From assembly GCF_009914755.1 (NCBI RefSeq), contig NC_060946.1: 64,000 nt of DNA. One strand, 5' to 3'. This DNA is from the human T2T-CHM13v2.0 reference genome, Homo sapiens. A program made the position numbers and the translations under genes. The notes under the pieces are model-generated. The model ran no database searches. It was not told the DNA's origin and was given only the letters and a program-made list of their open reading frames with translations. Shown here one piece after another: positions 31,438 through 45,550 of the stretch (positions are counted from its first letter, which is position 1; each line of letters opens with the position of its first letter).

Positions 31438-31776
31438 CCTGTGCATGCCAGGCAAAGCCAAGCTGGCTCAAAGAGCAACCACCCACCTCTGCAAGGGTGT
31501 GCCAGGAGCCAGTGTACCAGCCACCAACGTCACTCCCTGCCAGTCAGGGTAAATCAGTTATTCTGCCCTGGAGGTGGAGCCCCAGTGCCATCTGCTTTTC
31601 CTCAGGCCTCCACTCCATCAGCTGTCAGGTGGTGGTCACTCAGACTGTGGGAAACTGGCCATCCCTGTTTCCTTGAGTGCGTGAGGTTGGTGACTGCTCC
31701 ACCTGCTACTGGCATACCCTTGCAGAGGTGGCTGGTTGCTCTTTGAGCCAGCTTGGCCTTGCCTGGTATGCACAGG
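31438..31776. repeat. Inverted repeat, 96-bp arms (31438-31533 / 31681-31776)
   Basis: CCTGTGCATGCCAGGCAAAGCCAAGCTGGCTCAAAGAGCAACC… pairs with …GGTTGCTCTTTGAGCCAGCTTGGCCTTGCCTGGTATGCACAGG. Confidence 0.92.
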
Positions 31777-33159
31777 CCCCAGGTACTGAGAAGCTGCTCC
31801 GAGTAAGTTTGTCTTGGGCCAAATTCTAAGTCTGGCCAGGGCCACAGAAGGCCGAGTCCCCTGGGTGGTAATCCTGGCTGCTGCAGGGGGGCCCATGGTC
31901 CCCCTCCCCTCCCAGGGCTCAGGATGAGGTCCGACTGGGACAGGATGCTTTAGGTATGGGACTTGTGCCCCAGGAGGGGACCTCTGTCACACACGTTGGG
32001 TGAGAATATGTATGGCATGCTGCTGGCTGCCAGGGCTGTTGGGATGCACGTTCACCCTTCCCTTCAGGGACCTCAAAGTGACCAGCTTCCCCTTTATGAG
32101 TGACTTCCCAAGGCCCAGGAGCCATTTGGGGCTGCAGAGCAGCTGGCTGCATGCTGCCCTGGCTTCTTCCATGTTGTGCTGGTCACTACCTACCAAGGGG
32201 TGTCAGATGCAGGCACAATGTAGGACGATTGTCTCTGGGCCTGTGTCTTGGTTATCATGGAGCTAGACTGGGCCTGGTGACAGGGCCCTGATGGGGTTGT
32301 CCTGTGTGGTCACGGAGGTGATCAGAAAAGATGCAGAATGGAATTGCTGCGAGGATGAATGAGATGACTGTCAGCACATAACAGGCAGCTGGTGAGTGTT
32401 CAGGGATTACCCTCAGTAGCTGCCCAGAGACCAAAACCATCCACCTGATAGTGACTTTTCCCAAGCCAGAAGGAAGAGAAAAGAGCAGGTCCCACTCACC
32501 TGAATCTGATCAGTGAGCTGTGTTGAGATGTGCCTCTCATCTAGAAAATGGTCCTTCACGCAGAGCTACTCACAGACACTGCTGTGTGTCTCTAACTGCT
32601 CCACAACACAGAGGCGATGGGGACTCAGCAACAGTGACATTGTGGGGTGACACAACCCACCACCATGGGAGTCTGCTTGGGTCAACAGGGCCCAGAGTCA
32701 GTGTCCTCTATCCCCTGAACTGACATGTGTGTATGCAATGTATTTGTGTATGCATATGTGCCTGTGTGTGTGTGAGTGTGTATGTGTGTGTTTGTCTTGC
32801 TTCTCTGGACAGGCCTAGCTTCTCCACTCATGGGTGCACCCAGGTCCTCATCACTGTCACCTTAGAGCATTAGAGCCTCTATAGGTGCTCCCCAATCTCT
32901 GCCCTCCCCACCCATGGTGGTCCTGGGGATGCAGACAGAGGAGGGGCACTGCATAATGCTGAGAGGGCTGGCACCCTCTCTAGGTGGAACACAGGTCATT
33001 TGTAAAGTTCTAGGTCTGCCAAGCAGTATTGGATTCAACACATCTTCTCACCTTCTCTTTCCAGCCACCCTCCAGGGTGCCCCGACTCACTTTCCCTGCA
33101 GATGGAGGCAAGGAGGCTCCACAGACAACCCCCCTGCCTGAGGTCACATAGTGGCCAGC

Positions 33160-33770
33160 AGGTCAGGTACTGACAAACTGCCCCTGACCAGGTTCCCAGT
33201 GATGAGTGATGAGACCCCTAATGACCACTCCTCCATTGACCAGGTCCCACTGATCAAGTCCCCACTGACCATGTCTTCCTAACCAGGCCCACACTTAATA
33301 GGCCTCATGGGCCAGACCCCACTGACCAATTTTCCACTGACCTGGTCCCCATTGACAAGACAGGGTTCCCACTGACAAGACCACAATTTACCAGGTTGCT
33401 GCTCAACCGACCCCCCACTGAACAATTCTCCATGAACGAGTACCCAGCTGACTGAGCCCCCTCTGACCAGGCCCTCACTGACCAGGCTCCAAGCCACTAA
33501 GGCCCCACACTGACCAGGCCCGTGATATATTGTGTATGCCCCACCAACCAGTTTTTCATTGTTTATGTTCCAACAGATCAGGCCCCACTAATAAAGCCAC
33601 CACTGACTAGGTCCCCCCACTGACCAGGCTTCCAATGACTAGGTCACCAGGTCCCCACTGATGAGGCCTTTACTGAGGAGGCTGCCACTAACCAGGCCCC
33701 TGCTGATCAGGTCCCAAATGACCAGGTCCTGATGACCAGGTCATCTCTGACCATGGTCCACTGACCAGGC
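33160..33770. repeat. Degenerate CCACTGACCAGG minisatellite (array 2), same orientation as array 1
   Basis: Same core motif in tandem. Confidence 0.85.
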
Positions 33771-34569
33771 CCCGGAGCAACGGGGTTCAAAGTCTCATTA
33801 CAATGTCCCCCTCAGCTCATAGACCCTCCCTCCCTGCATGTGTGCCCAGAGGTCAGGCCCTGGGGTTTTTTTTTGGGACGTGGCCTTTCCTCCAAGACAC
33901 AGGGAGAGACAGTTGGCCTCAGGCTCCAGGTTCCCAGCTCCACACTCACCCCAAAGGCCCTCTGGGCCCGTCTCAAAGGAGAAAGTGAGGTGGCCTGACA
34001 CTGCCTGGACACATCATCTACCCTATTCCTGAGTGTCAGGGTGTGAGGAAGGGAGGGACATTTGGCAGATAAGGCACGCTGTGCTGTTGGGTCTCTCAGG
34101 GCCCTTCCCACAGAGCCCCGATCTAAAGACAGAACACAGAGGCTACAGGAAGACTAATCCAGAACCTCTGAGACAGCCAGGGACCACATGAGGACTCTCC
34201 CCAGACAGCCAGAAGGCCCTTTGCTAGTTTCTTGGTACTTCAGTGGATGTGGCAGTGGTTCTTCTGTTGGGGACCAGTGAGTACACACTGGGGAGGGCTC
34301 ACCTGTGCTTCCTCAGTGGCTCCACCTCTGCTTCTAAAAAAAATGACTCATTCCAGAGCTGGCGCAGAGAAAATACAAGCTGAGCTTAGAACATCTTCTG
34401 CCAGAAAGTAAAAAAGTGCCGACAGAGTAATGGAGACAAATCAAAGAGACATAAAGTCAGCTTGGAATGTCTACTACTGGCCTAATCTTGGGGAATTGGA
34501 GCATCAGAATCATGAGCTTTCCTTCTCCCTTATTTATTGGTTTTATTTCTCCATGTAGAACAAAGAAGA

Positions 34570-34775
34570 GAATAAGAAAATAATCATCTGGTAACCATCA
34601 TAGTAATAATTGTTCAAACACAAGTCATCCATGAAATGCTAAATCTAGTGGGTTCTGAGGAGTAACCAGATATTTACAGAGCCTCAAAGTATCTCCATAC
34701 AAAATACAGTTGAACTACAAAAAGAAAATTGTAACATTAACATGGACAAACCTGGCAGGTACTCCTTAACTCTCC
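34570..34775 (+). mobile_element. Old L1MC 3' fragment
   Basis: GGTAACCATCATAGTAATAATTG…ATGCTAAATCTAGTGGG…AAACCTGGCAG motifs. Confidence 0.5.
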
Positions 34776-35095
34776 TAAGTAATAAAAACTGTAAAATGCA
34801 AATAAGCCTTCGATGACCTTTACTAACCTTTACTAAAGTATCAGTGATGACTTGGTTGTTTAAACAGCTGACATTTGGGCAATTTGAGTATGTCAAACTC
34901 AATAATACTGGTTTTGATTTGCAAGATCCACTTAAAACTTAAGGAGGCCAAAAAACATCATTTAAAATACCCTATAAATTATAATCATACATATGATACA
35001 AAAATATCCTACTTCAGTAAATATTGGAATGTTATATATTTTATGAGAAACAATTAAAATGTGTAAATAGCCCAGTAATAAAGTTTTATAATCTT

Positions 35096-35217
35096 TTAAA
35101 TCATCATAGAATTTTTCCTTAAGACTTTATGGTTAAATATTCTCTTCATTAGATGTGGCTTACCCGTGGATTCTAGAGAAGAAAGTAGATGGGAGCAAGT
35201 GTCCAATACAGCAACAG
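35096..35217 (-). pseudogene. ANKRD26-like terminal coding exon remnant
   Basis: tttccag|CTGTTGCT…; VAVLDTCSHLLSSLESTG…KVLRKNSMMI* parallels the ANKRD26 end (…SPLGST…VLKKNYMI*). Confidence 0.65.
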
Positions 35218-35424
35218 CTGGAAAGAAAAATAAAGAATTTTGTTCTTTACCTAAAACACTTCAGTTAACTAAGTGTGAGTTTAAAAACTAAAGACTTGAG
35301 AACTTTATCAGAGTTAATAAGAATGAGAAATATGTATGTACATTTACAATACAAAATTACTATTTAATAATTTACACATGGCATTAATTGTAATTGTGTT
35401 TAAATATCAGAACTTTTTCAGTCT

Positions 35425-35950
35425 TCATTCATGTAATCAACAGCCACATGCTAAGGTACTAGAACCAGCACTGGAATTACAAGATGAAGATGGCATGGTC
35501 CACCTCTCAACAGTCATAAGCTATAACCTAAAAAACAGACAGGCAGGCAATGTCCATATAGAGTCATAGATACCGTGACAGGTATACAGCAGGGCACTAC
35601 TGGAACACAGAGAAGGGACATCTACCCACTTTTATGTCAATATCATGGGCTTTCTGGTGGAGGAGATAACATAGGTTGATACCTGAAGGACAAGGAAAAG
35701 CTTCCCAGATAGAGGAAAGAGGCAAAGGCAAAGAGCCTGAGGTGAGGAAGAGCCCTGCAGAGTTCCACTCCATCCAGTTTGGTGCTAGAGCAAAGGGCAG
35801 AGTGCAGTAAGTGGTGAGAAACAAGGCTGAGTAACTTGGCAAGAATTACATTGACATGGGTGTTTTTATTTCATGGTGAAAAATTTGGAACTTTTCCTGA
35901 GAACAAGTGTAAGCCAATGACACAGTAAATTAGAGGAGATTTAAAATGTC
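35425..35950 (-). mobile_element. L2 fragment (degenerate)
   Basis: TTCATTCAT start plus AG-rich body typical of the reverse L2 3' end. Confidence 0.45.
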
Positions 35951-36383
35951 ACCTGTCAAGTGACTGCTTATGAAGGGTTATTGCTCAGCTAAGTATTTCT
36001 GAATGAGTCTTAGGTCTGTTGGCCTTCAATCTCTACCGAAACCCTGAGAACTTGATGATGCTTTTGTTTTCTGAGAATCGTTTCAGTGTGCTGGCTGACA
36101 GTTCCATGAGGATGGCAAAACTTAAGAAACTGTAGAGCCAGTGAAAAAGAGATGCACAGACTTCTTGGGAACTGTTTAAGCTTAGGAACATGATGAATTT
36201 ATGGTGCATAAGTACAGTCTTCTCTGTGAAAGTTTTTGTTTTCACATCTTTCATTAGATGTGTGTAAGAAAAAAATATTGATGTAGTATCTACTAACCCA
36301 AGAATGAAAAGGAATGCCATTTGCTATTTACACTTTATTTCTAAAATAAACCTAAATTTAATTAATAAATTTTGTCAACGTAC

Positions 36384-36429
36384 TTCTCTTTGTTTCTCTA
36401 ATTATTTATTCTACACATTCCAGCCCCAT
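36384..36429 (-). pseudogene. Small penultimate ANKRD26-family exon (46 nt, in-frame stop)
   Basis: ttttag|ATGGGGCTGGAATGTGTAGAATAAATAATTAGAGAAACAAAGAGAA|gtacgt; MGLECVE*IIRETKR. Confidence 0.65.
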
Positions 36430-36735
36430 CTAAAATAAGTAAAAATAATAATAATGTCTAAATTAAACAAGAAACATTATCATGAAAATCATGTATCACT
36501 TACAAAATGTGGCCTTCAGTATTTTTAGTGACTAGACATAACTTGAAGTTTGCTTAAATAGAAAAATAATCACATAAATAAAATAAAATTTCTACTTATT
36601 TTAAGTTTAGATAACAGAGGATGTATATGTGTAATGCTGTTTAGAGTAATCTGACAAAAATGCAGTTAATATTGATCTATTGCATATACATGATTTTAGA
36701 AAGGTAGTGTTTTATTAGTACAAAGGTTAAACAAT

Positions 36736-37035
<300 letters not shown>

Positions 37036-37179
37036 TTAAGTAATTAAAGCCATCTTTTGCAATGAATGCATTGCTTTGAAATTCTTAGAAAACTCTGCCC
37101 TTTATAAAAGTTTAATCCATTTTTTACTTCAATAAATTTTATCTTAAAAAGAAATTTCTGTTCTCTACTTATAGTAAAC

Positions 37180-38340
37180 TTTTCTTTTTTTTTTCTAGTT
37201 TGTATTCTAAATTAACGTGGTACCTCTGTAAGTTTCTTCCAAAGGCATATTGAGGGATACCGAGGTTTGCAGTACAATTAAACCCATCACACAGGTTGTG
37301 AGCATAGGACCCAAGAAGTAGTTTTTCAACCCTGGCCCACTCTGTCCCTCCCCATTCTTATTTCCCAGTGTCTATTATTCCCACCTTTATGACAATGTGC
37401 ACCCAATATGTAGCTCCCACATGAGTGAAAACATGAGATATTTGGTTTCTGTTTCTGCGTTGGTTTGCTTAGGAGAGTGGATTCCAGCTGTATTCATGTT
37501 GCTGCAAATGATGTGATTTTGTTCTTTTCATGGCTGCATAGTATTCCATGGTATATATGGAATTTTCCAATCTACCTTGGATTTTCAATCTACCTTGGAT
37601 GTACCTGGATTGACTCCACATCTTTGCTATTGTGAATAGTGCTGCAATGAACATACATGTGTATACATCTTTTTGTTACAATGATTTATTGTCCTTTCGG
37701 TATACCCCTAGTATAGTAATGGGGTTGCTGCATCCAACAGTCATTCTTAGTTCTTAATTTCCAAACTGCTCTCCATAGTAGCTGAATTAATTTACATTGC
37801 CACAAACGGTTTGTGTTCCCTTTTCTCCACAGCCTCCCCAACATCCTTTTTTAAGTTTTTATTTATTATTTGTTTTTAACAAAAGTCATTGTGACTGGTG
37901 TGAAATGGTATCTCATTGATGTTTTGTGTGGCATTTTTCTGATGATTAGCAATGGTAAGCATTTTTTAATGTTTGTTGGCCACTTACGTGTGTTATTTTG
38001 AGAACTGTCTGTTCATGTCCTTTGTCCATTTATAATGGTCTTATTTATTTTTTGCTTGTTGATTTGTTTAGGTCTCTTATGGATTCTGGATAATAGGCGT
38101 TTGCTATATCCATACTTTGTGAATATTTTCTTCCATTCTTTTAGGCTTTCTGTTTAATCTCGTGATAGTTTCTCATGCTGTGCAGAAGCTATTTAGCTAA
38201 ATTAGATCACACTTGTCAATTTTTGTTATTCTTGCAATTGCTTTTGAGGACTTAGCCATAAATTAATTGACAAATATGATATCCAGAAGAGTATTTCCTA
38301 GGTTTTTTCCAGGATTTTTATAGTCAGAAGATGTACTCTT
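37180..38340 (-). mobile_element. L1 (L1PB/L1PA-old) 3' fragment
   Basis: T-tail and L1 3'UTR/ORF2-end motifs; MFIAALFTIAKMW peptide. Confidence 0.85.
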
Positions 38341-38360
38341 ATGTAAAGAAAGCACAAACC

Positions 38361-38655
38361 TTTTTTTTGTTTTGTTTTGAGACAGAGTCTCCATCACCAA
38401 GGCTATAGTGCAGTGGTATGATCTTGGCTTACTGCAACCTCTGTCTCCTGGGTTCAAGTGATTCTCCTGCCTCAGCCTCCTGAGTATCTGAGATTACACA
38501 TGCCTGCCAACACGCCTTGCTAATTTTTGTATTTTTACTAGAGACAGGTTTCATCATGTTGGCCAGGCTGGTCTCAAACTCCTGACGTCAGGTGATTCAC
38601 CTGCCTCGGCCTCCCCAAATTTTGGGATTACAAGTGTGAGCCACCATGCCTGGCC
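38361..38655 (-). mobile_element. Alu
   Basis: Reverse Alu; AAGCACAAA on both flanks. Confidence 0.92.
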
Positions 38656-38829
38656 AAGCACAAAGCTTTTAAAATAAAAAGGGAAATGAACATTTTAGTG
38701 TTTTGTTTAATTCATAAAATGCAATTATTTTGGATTCTACTAAATAATAAACATCCATATGTGGCAAAGTGGATGCTAATCATTCAGTTGTGATTATGGG
38801 TGGGAAGAATTGAGACGGTGCAAATAAAC

Positions 38830-39135
38830 TTTTTTAATTTTTTTTTTATTTTCAAGATGGAGTCTTGCCCTGTCACCCAGGCTGGAGTGCAGTGGTGCAA
38901 TCTCAGCTCCTGCAACCTCCGTCTCCCAGGTTCAAGCAATTCTCTGCCTCAGCCTTCCTAGTAGCTGGGATTACAGGTGCCCACCACCACACCAGGCTAA
39001 TATTTTTTTGTACTTTTAGTAGAGTTGGGGTTTCACCATCTTGGCCAGGCTGGTCTTGAACTCCTGACCTCGTGATACACCTGCCTCAGCCTCCCAAAGT
39101 GCTGGGATTACAGGCATGAGCCACCACACCTGGCT
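38830..39135 (-). mobile_element. Alu
   Basis: Reverse Alu; TSD GGTGCAAA(T/G)AAACTTT. Confidence 0.93.
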
Positions 39136-39163
39136 GGTGCAAAGAAACTTTAAAAGTGGCATG

Positions 39164-39478
<315 letters not shown>

Positions 39479-39834
39479 CTAAACTATAATCAATTAGAGA
39501 GTAAGCCAGACCATCTCAAAGTATATCATCACTTATCAGGCAATAACATGCAATTTCTAAAACCTAACTTAAATGCAGCTTTTAAAGACATTTCAAACAT
39601 GTCAGTTTAGTCACGTTTCTTGAATAAAGTTAGCAAATGGATATCTCTTGAAAATGAGAGCTCCAGGGAATTAAAAAATGTAAAGTTCCCATTTCCTTTC
39701 TGTGTTAACACAGCTAATTATGATCTTTACTTCACATGCAAAAGTCAACAGAACAACTCAGTATTTCACCAAATTATAAACAAGAATTACGCTAGAGAAA
39801 TGAAACCCTAAAGAGAAACGGTCATATAACTAAC

Positions 39835-40055
<221 letters not shown>

Positions 40056-41392
40056 CTGTAAAGGTAGCAAAGACAAATGCTTAATATTTCATTTTTCCTT
40101 AAATGATTCTTAATGACTTGCAGTTTTTAAAAACTTACCCTGAGAGTAAACCAAATTACCCACTAAATAGTGTTTTCACACAGAAGATGTGTAAGAGCAT
40201 ACCTGTTGTAAGGAATTATAATTTTAAAATCATTCTAAAGAAGCACCATTGTTTCTAAGGTGATTTCTACTGAACTAGCAGTTCAAACAAAGTAGACAGG
40301 GAAGAGAAATGGCTATCAGTGATGTATGGCTCAACAGGTAAAACTTCCTGCCTTCTAAAATGGCTGTACTTGGAAGATTCTGAAGATTCCATTAGAAATA
40401 CTTGTATTTAAAGGGTAATAATGTGGGAAAATGAATATGTTGATTTGCTTGATTATAAGAACCACTTCACTAGAAATAATTATATCAAAACATCATGTTG
40501 TACTCCTTAATGTACGTTAAGAAAACTAAAATGAACGAAAAAAAATCTAGGAACACTTGTGTTTAGTAAACCAGTTTTAGATTTCACTCTTGTACATTTC
40601 ACCCATTATCTAGGACCAATTAAACATTTGGCACTGAGGAATAATTCAGAGCAACAACTCCTAGGGGAGAACTAGATTGTCTGGTTGGTGATCAAAAAGA
40701 ATTAAAGCATCTCTGAAGGCAATTAGTCCCCAACACTGTGACCAAGGCCCTGGAGGTGGGGCATGTTCTTTCTGCCTTCCACACACCGCTTCAGGCTGAA
40801 CAAGGTGTTATTTTTTTAACCGCTTTGTGAATTACACTTCTTTAAATTCCTGTGATAATTATTCCCTATTTCACAAGGGTGCCTTTCTGTAACATCTTGA
40901 ATATGTTACACAAATAGTCTTTCTTGAGGCACCCTCTGGTGATAATACTAAAGATCACAATCAAAAACAATTGTGCCCAGAGTAGAAGTACCACTTTGCA
41001 TTTAGGTTGTGATCCACTGAAAAGTAAATTAAACACATTAATATTTCTATTTAGGGAAATTCTGACAAGTAATTTTATAACAAGGTCACTTCATTGATTA
41101 TAAAGCTTCAAAAATACTTAGTGAAAAAAACTAACAGATCAGGTTAATTACATGAGACTTTTCAGGAAAAAAAGCCATACAAAAGCAAAAAAAAAAAAAA
41201 TGAGAGGAGAGACAAAAACTATCTTTGACTAACATTTTAAAGGTAAAATTATTTACTAACATTATTTTTCAAAATTACATTGTCAAATTAGCATTCACTT
41301 CCTTCTAATCTGAAGCCATCTCACTAAAAATTATGCTTTTGAAACAAATTAATGAGCTTAATTCATTTTCTATGAGTGTATGTTTTGACTTA

Positions 41393-41607
<215 letters not shown>

Positions 41608-42103
41608 CTAAAACAGAGGAAAAGAATACACTTTTAAAACAATTATAACCTAATTATTATGTTTGTTGCCTTTCATTTTGAGTCAGCGATTCAAAGAGTA
41701 TTTTTGAATATGTTAAAAAAGAGGATGAAGTTTAAAATATTTCAGCAATATCAAAACTAATAACTGAATTCAGAATTAAGTCTGATTTGTAAAAATTTGA
41801 AATCCTAATTATGCTAGTATTAATGTAATCTGGTCATATAAAAAGTAATAGAATTCATTCATAGTTTTAAAAAGTGATCAATGAACACTGTAGCTAAAGA
41901 CCAATTCATAATTATCACATAATTTCTAAATCACAATTTTTTCCTATGCCAACTGGTCTTAATCATCAAATTACTCCATAATGAGAATCATTACTCTGAA
42001 AGATTGATTTTGTTATAATAATAATGGAAATTTAAATATTTAAAAGAAAAAACAGATACCATTTTTTTCTAGAACTCTACAAAGCAGATTGCTACAAGAG
42101 AGG

Positions 42104-42634
<531 letters not shown>

Positions 42635-42984
42635 TTATCTGTAATGCAGCAGATTCTTCAAATGTGAACCCTTAAATTACTCAGAATTTTAAGAACAAAG
42701 TTAAAGCTACCATGAGTCATAAAAATATATTCTTTACTATCATCATCTTTGCCACAGAATTTTTGTGCTTCATTTTACTTTTATTTTTCTGATAATTCAT
42801 TTTTGTTCCTCCTTAAATGGCACAAAGTTATCTCCTAGTAAAAAGTGTCTAACCACCTTCCTTCATTATCATTCCCCACAGTATGTCAAAAAAAGTTTCA
42901 GAGATATCATATTGAGTTATTTAGGCCAAAGTCAATAAATGGGTCTAGGAATAAGACTTTGAAAGTGATATTACACTCTATATT

Positions 42985-43272
42985 AGGCATGGTGGCTCAT
43001 GCCTGTAATCCTAGCACTTTAAAAAGCTGTGGCAGAAAGATCACTTGAGGCCAGGAATTTGAGATCAGCCAGAGCAACATAGTGAGACCCCCATCTCTAC
43101 AAAAAAAAATTTTTTTAATTACCCGGGCATGGTGGCTCATGCCTGTAGACCCAGCTAGTTGGGATACTGAGGCAAAAGGATGGCTTGTACCCAGAGTTCA
43201 GGGCTGCAGTGAATTATTATCGCTGCACTTCTGCCTGGATGACAGACAAAGACCCTATCTCAAAAAACAACA
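42985..43272 (+). mobile_element. Alu (AluJ-type)
   Basis: Diverged forward Alu. Confidence 0.85.
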
Positions 43273-43384
43273 CAAAATAATGAAATCTATGATTAAGGAT
43301 TCTGATGCTATAAGCCTTTCCTTAAACTGCAAATGTTTCATGCTAATTTGAATTGCATTTTAAGAAGTAATGATTCTTGGGGTA

Positions 43385-45120
43385 AAGACCATAGAATATG
43401 GCACCCAGAAATAAATTCACATATTTCCAGCCAACTGATTTTGGACGAACATGCCAAGAACGTACGCTGGGGAAAGGACAGCCTCTTCAAATGAATGACA
43501 CTGGGAAAACTAAATATCCATATGGAGAAGAATGATATTAGCTTCCTATGTAACACCATATAACAACATAAACTCAGAATCGATTGAAGACTGAAATGTA
43601 AGGCCCAAAATTATCAAACTACTCTAAGTAAATATAAGGAAAAGGCTTGAGGACATTAGTCTGCACAAAGATTTTTATGGGTAAGACATCAGAAGCATAG
43701 GCAAACAACAAATCATAGACAAAAGACACTACATTAAGCTAAAGAGCTTCTGTCCAGCAAACAACTGAGTGAAGAGAAAACCTGTAGAATAGGAGAAAAT
43801 ATTGTCAAGCTATTCACCTAATGAGGGACTAATATACAAAATATACAAAAAAACTCAAACAACATCACAGTAAAAAAATCTGAGTTTAAAATTGGGCAAA
43901 ATATCTAACTATACTTTTTTTTAGAAAAAGAAATACAAATAGCCAATAAATAAATTTTAAAATGCTCAGTATCACTAATCCTCAGGGAAATACAAATCAA
44001 ATCTACAATGTGATATAATCTTGCTTCAATTTGAATAAATTGCTGTCATTGAAAAGACAAAAAAAATAACAAATGCTGGTGAGGCTCCAGAGAACAGTAA
44101 ACTCTTACATGCTGTTGGTGGGAAGGTAAATTAGTGCAGCCACTATAGAGAACAACAGGAGGTTTTCTCAAAAAAACTAATAATGGGACTGCCGAGGGAT
44201 CCAGCAACCCCACTACCGGGTATTCAGGCAATAGAAAAGAAAACAATAGATCAAAAGGATATCTGTCCTCATATGTTTACTGTAGCACTATCCACAACAG
44301 CTTGTGTATGGAATCAACATACATGTCCATCACCAAATGAATGGATGAAAAACTGTGGCACACAAACACAGTGGAATACTATTCACCATATAAAGGAATT
44401 AAATCCTGTTATTCCTGGCCACGTGGATCAGTCTGATGGATGTTAAGTGCAGACACAGAAAGATAAATACTGCACATTCTTACTCATGTGTGGGAGCTAA
44501 AGGAAAATTGAAGGCTGGGCAATATGGCTGATGCCTGTAATTTCCTAGCTCTTTGTAAGACCAAGGCAAGAGAATCATTTGAGGCCAAAAGTTCCAGAGC
44601 TCCCTGGGCAACATAGGGAGATATCTCTACAAAGTCAAAAATCAGACATGTGCAATGGTGCATGCCCATAATGCCAGCTGCTCAGGAGGCTGAGGTGTGA
44701 GGATCTGATGGGCCCAAGAGTTTGAAGCTGCAGTGAACTATGATCAAACCACTGTCTCCAGTCTGGGTGACTACAGTTGCCCAGAGCCCAGACTACACTA
44801 GCAAGACCCTGTCTCTTAACAAAAAAAAAGCTCACAGAAGTAGGGGAGGGGAGGCTGGTTAATGGATACAGAATTACAGTTAGATAAGAGGAGTGAGTTC
44901 TGGTGTTCTGTGGCATTGTAGGGTGAATATGGTTAACTATGACTTATTGTATATTTTTAAAAAGCCAGAAAATTTTGAATGTTCACAATTCAAAGAAATG
45001 AAAAATGGTTGAAGTAGTAAATGTGCTAGTTAGCTTGATCATTACACACTATATACGTGTATAAAAATATCACTCTATAGCCCATAATTATGTATATATG
45101 TGTCAATTAAAACAAAAGAG
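43385..45120 (+). mobile_element. L1MA-type 3' fragment with a nested Alu at 44512-44829
   Basis: L1 ORF2-end and 3'UTR motifs resume on both sides of the AluJ. Confidence 0.8.
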
Positions 45121-45139
45121 AAGCTACATTCATCCGATT

Positions 45140-45550
45140 TAAAAAACAGAATATGGGCCAGCCTTACTGACTTCCTTCTAATGAGTAGAATGTAGTGAAA
45201 GGGATACCATGTGGCTTCCCTATCTCAGACTGTTTTCCCTTGGAACCCAGCCCCTATTGTGAGAGCCATCAGGCCACAAAGAGAGCCTGAAAGTGCCTGT
45301 GTCAGTGTTCATGCTGCCTGTCCCAACCAAGTTTACAGCCGATGGCCAGCATCAACCATCAAACAAGTGGGGGACCAAAGCTTCAGAGGATTCCATTTCC
45401 GCAACTGATCAGCTGTTCCTAGGGAAGCTGAAGGGAGCAGAGCAAGCTGTCCTGGCCAAGTTTTTCCCAAACCACAGGTTCATGAATAAAATAAATGTTT
45501 TTCTTTCAAGCCACAAGACTCTGGGTAATTGTTAGGAAAATAAGTTTTAA
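45140..45550 (+). mobile_element. MLT1-type LTR fragment
   Basis: Ends …AATAAATGTTTTTCTTTCAAGCCACAAGACTCTGGGTAATTGTTA, an MLT1-like 3' end. Confidence 0.5.

Noticed and set aside
32914-33141. 75-aa plus-strand ORF with a good ATG context (MVVLGMQTEEGH…)
   Set aside because: No recognisable domain, and it is antisense to the local splice signals; it cannot be supported as a CDS from sequence alone.
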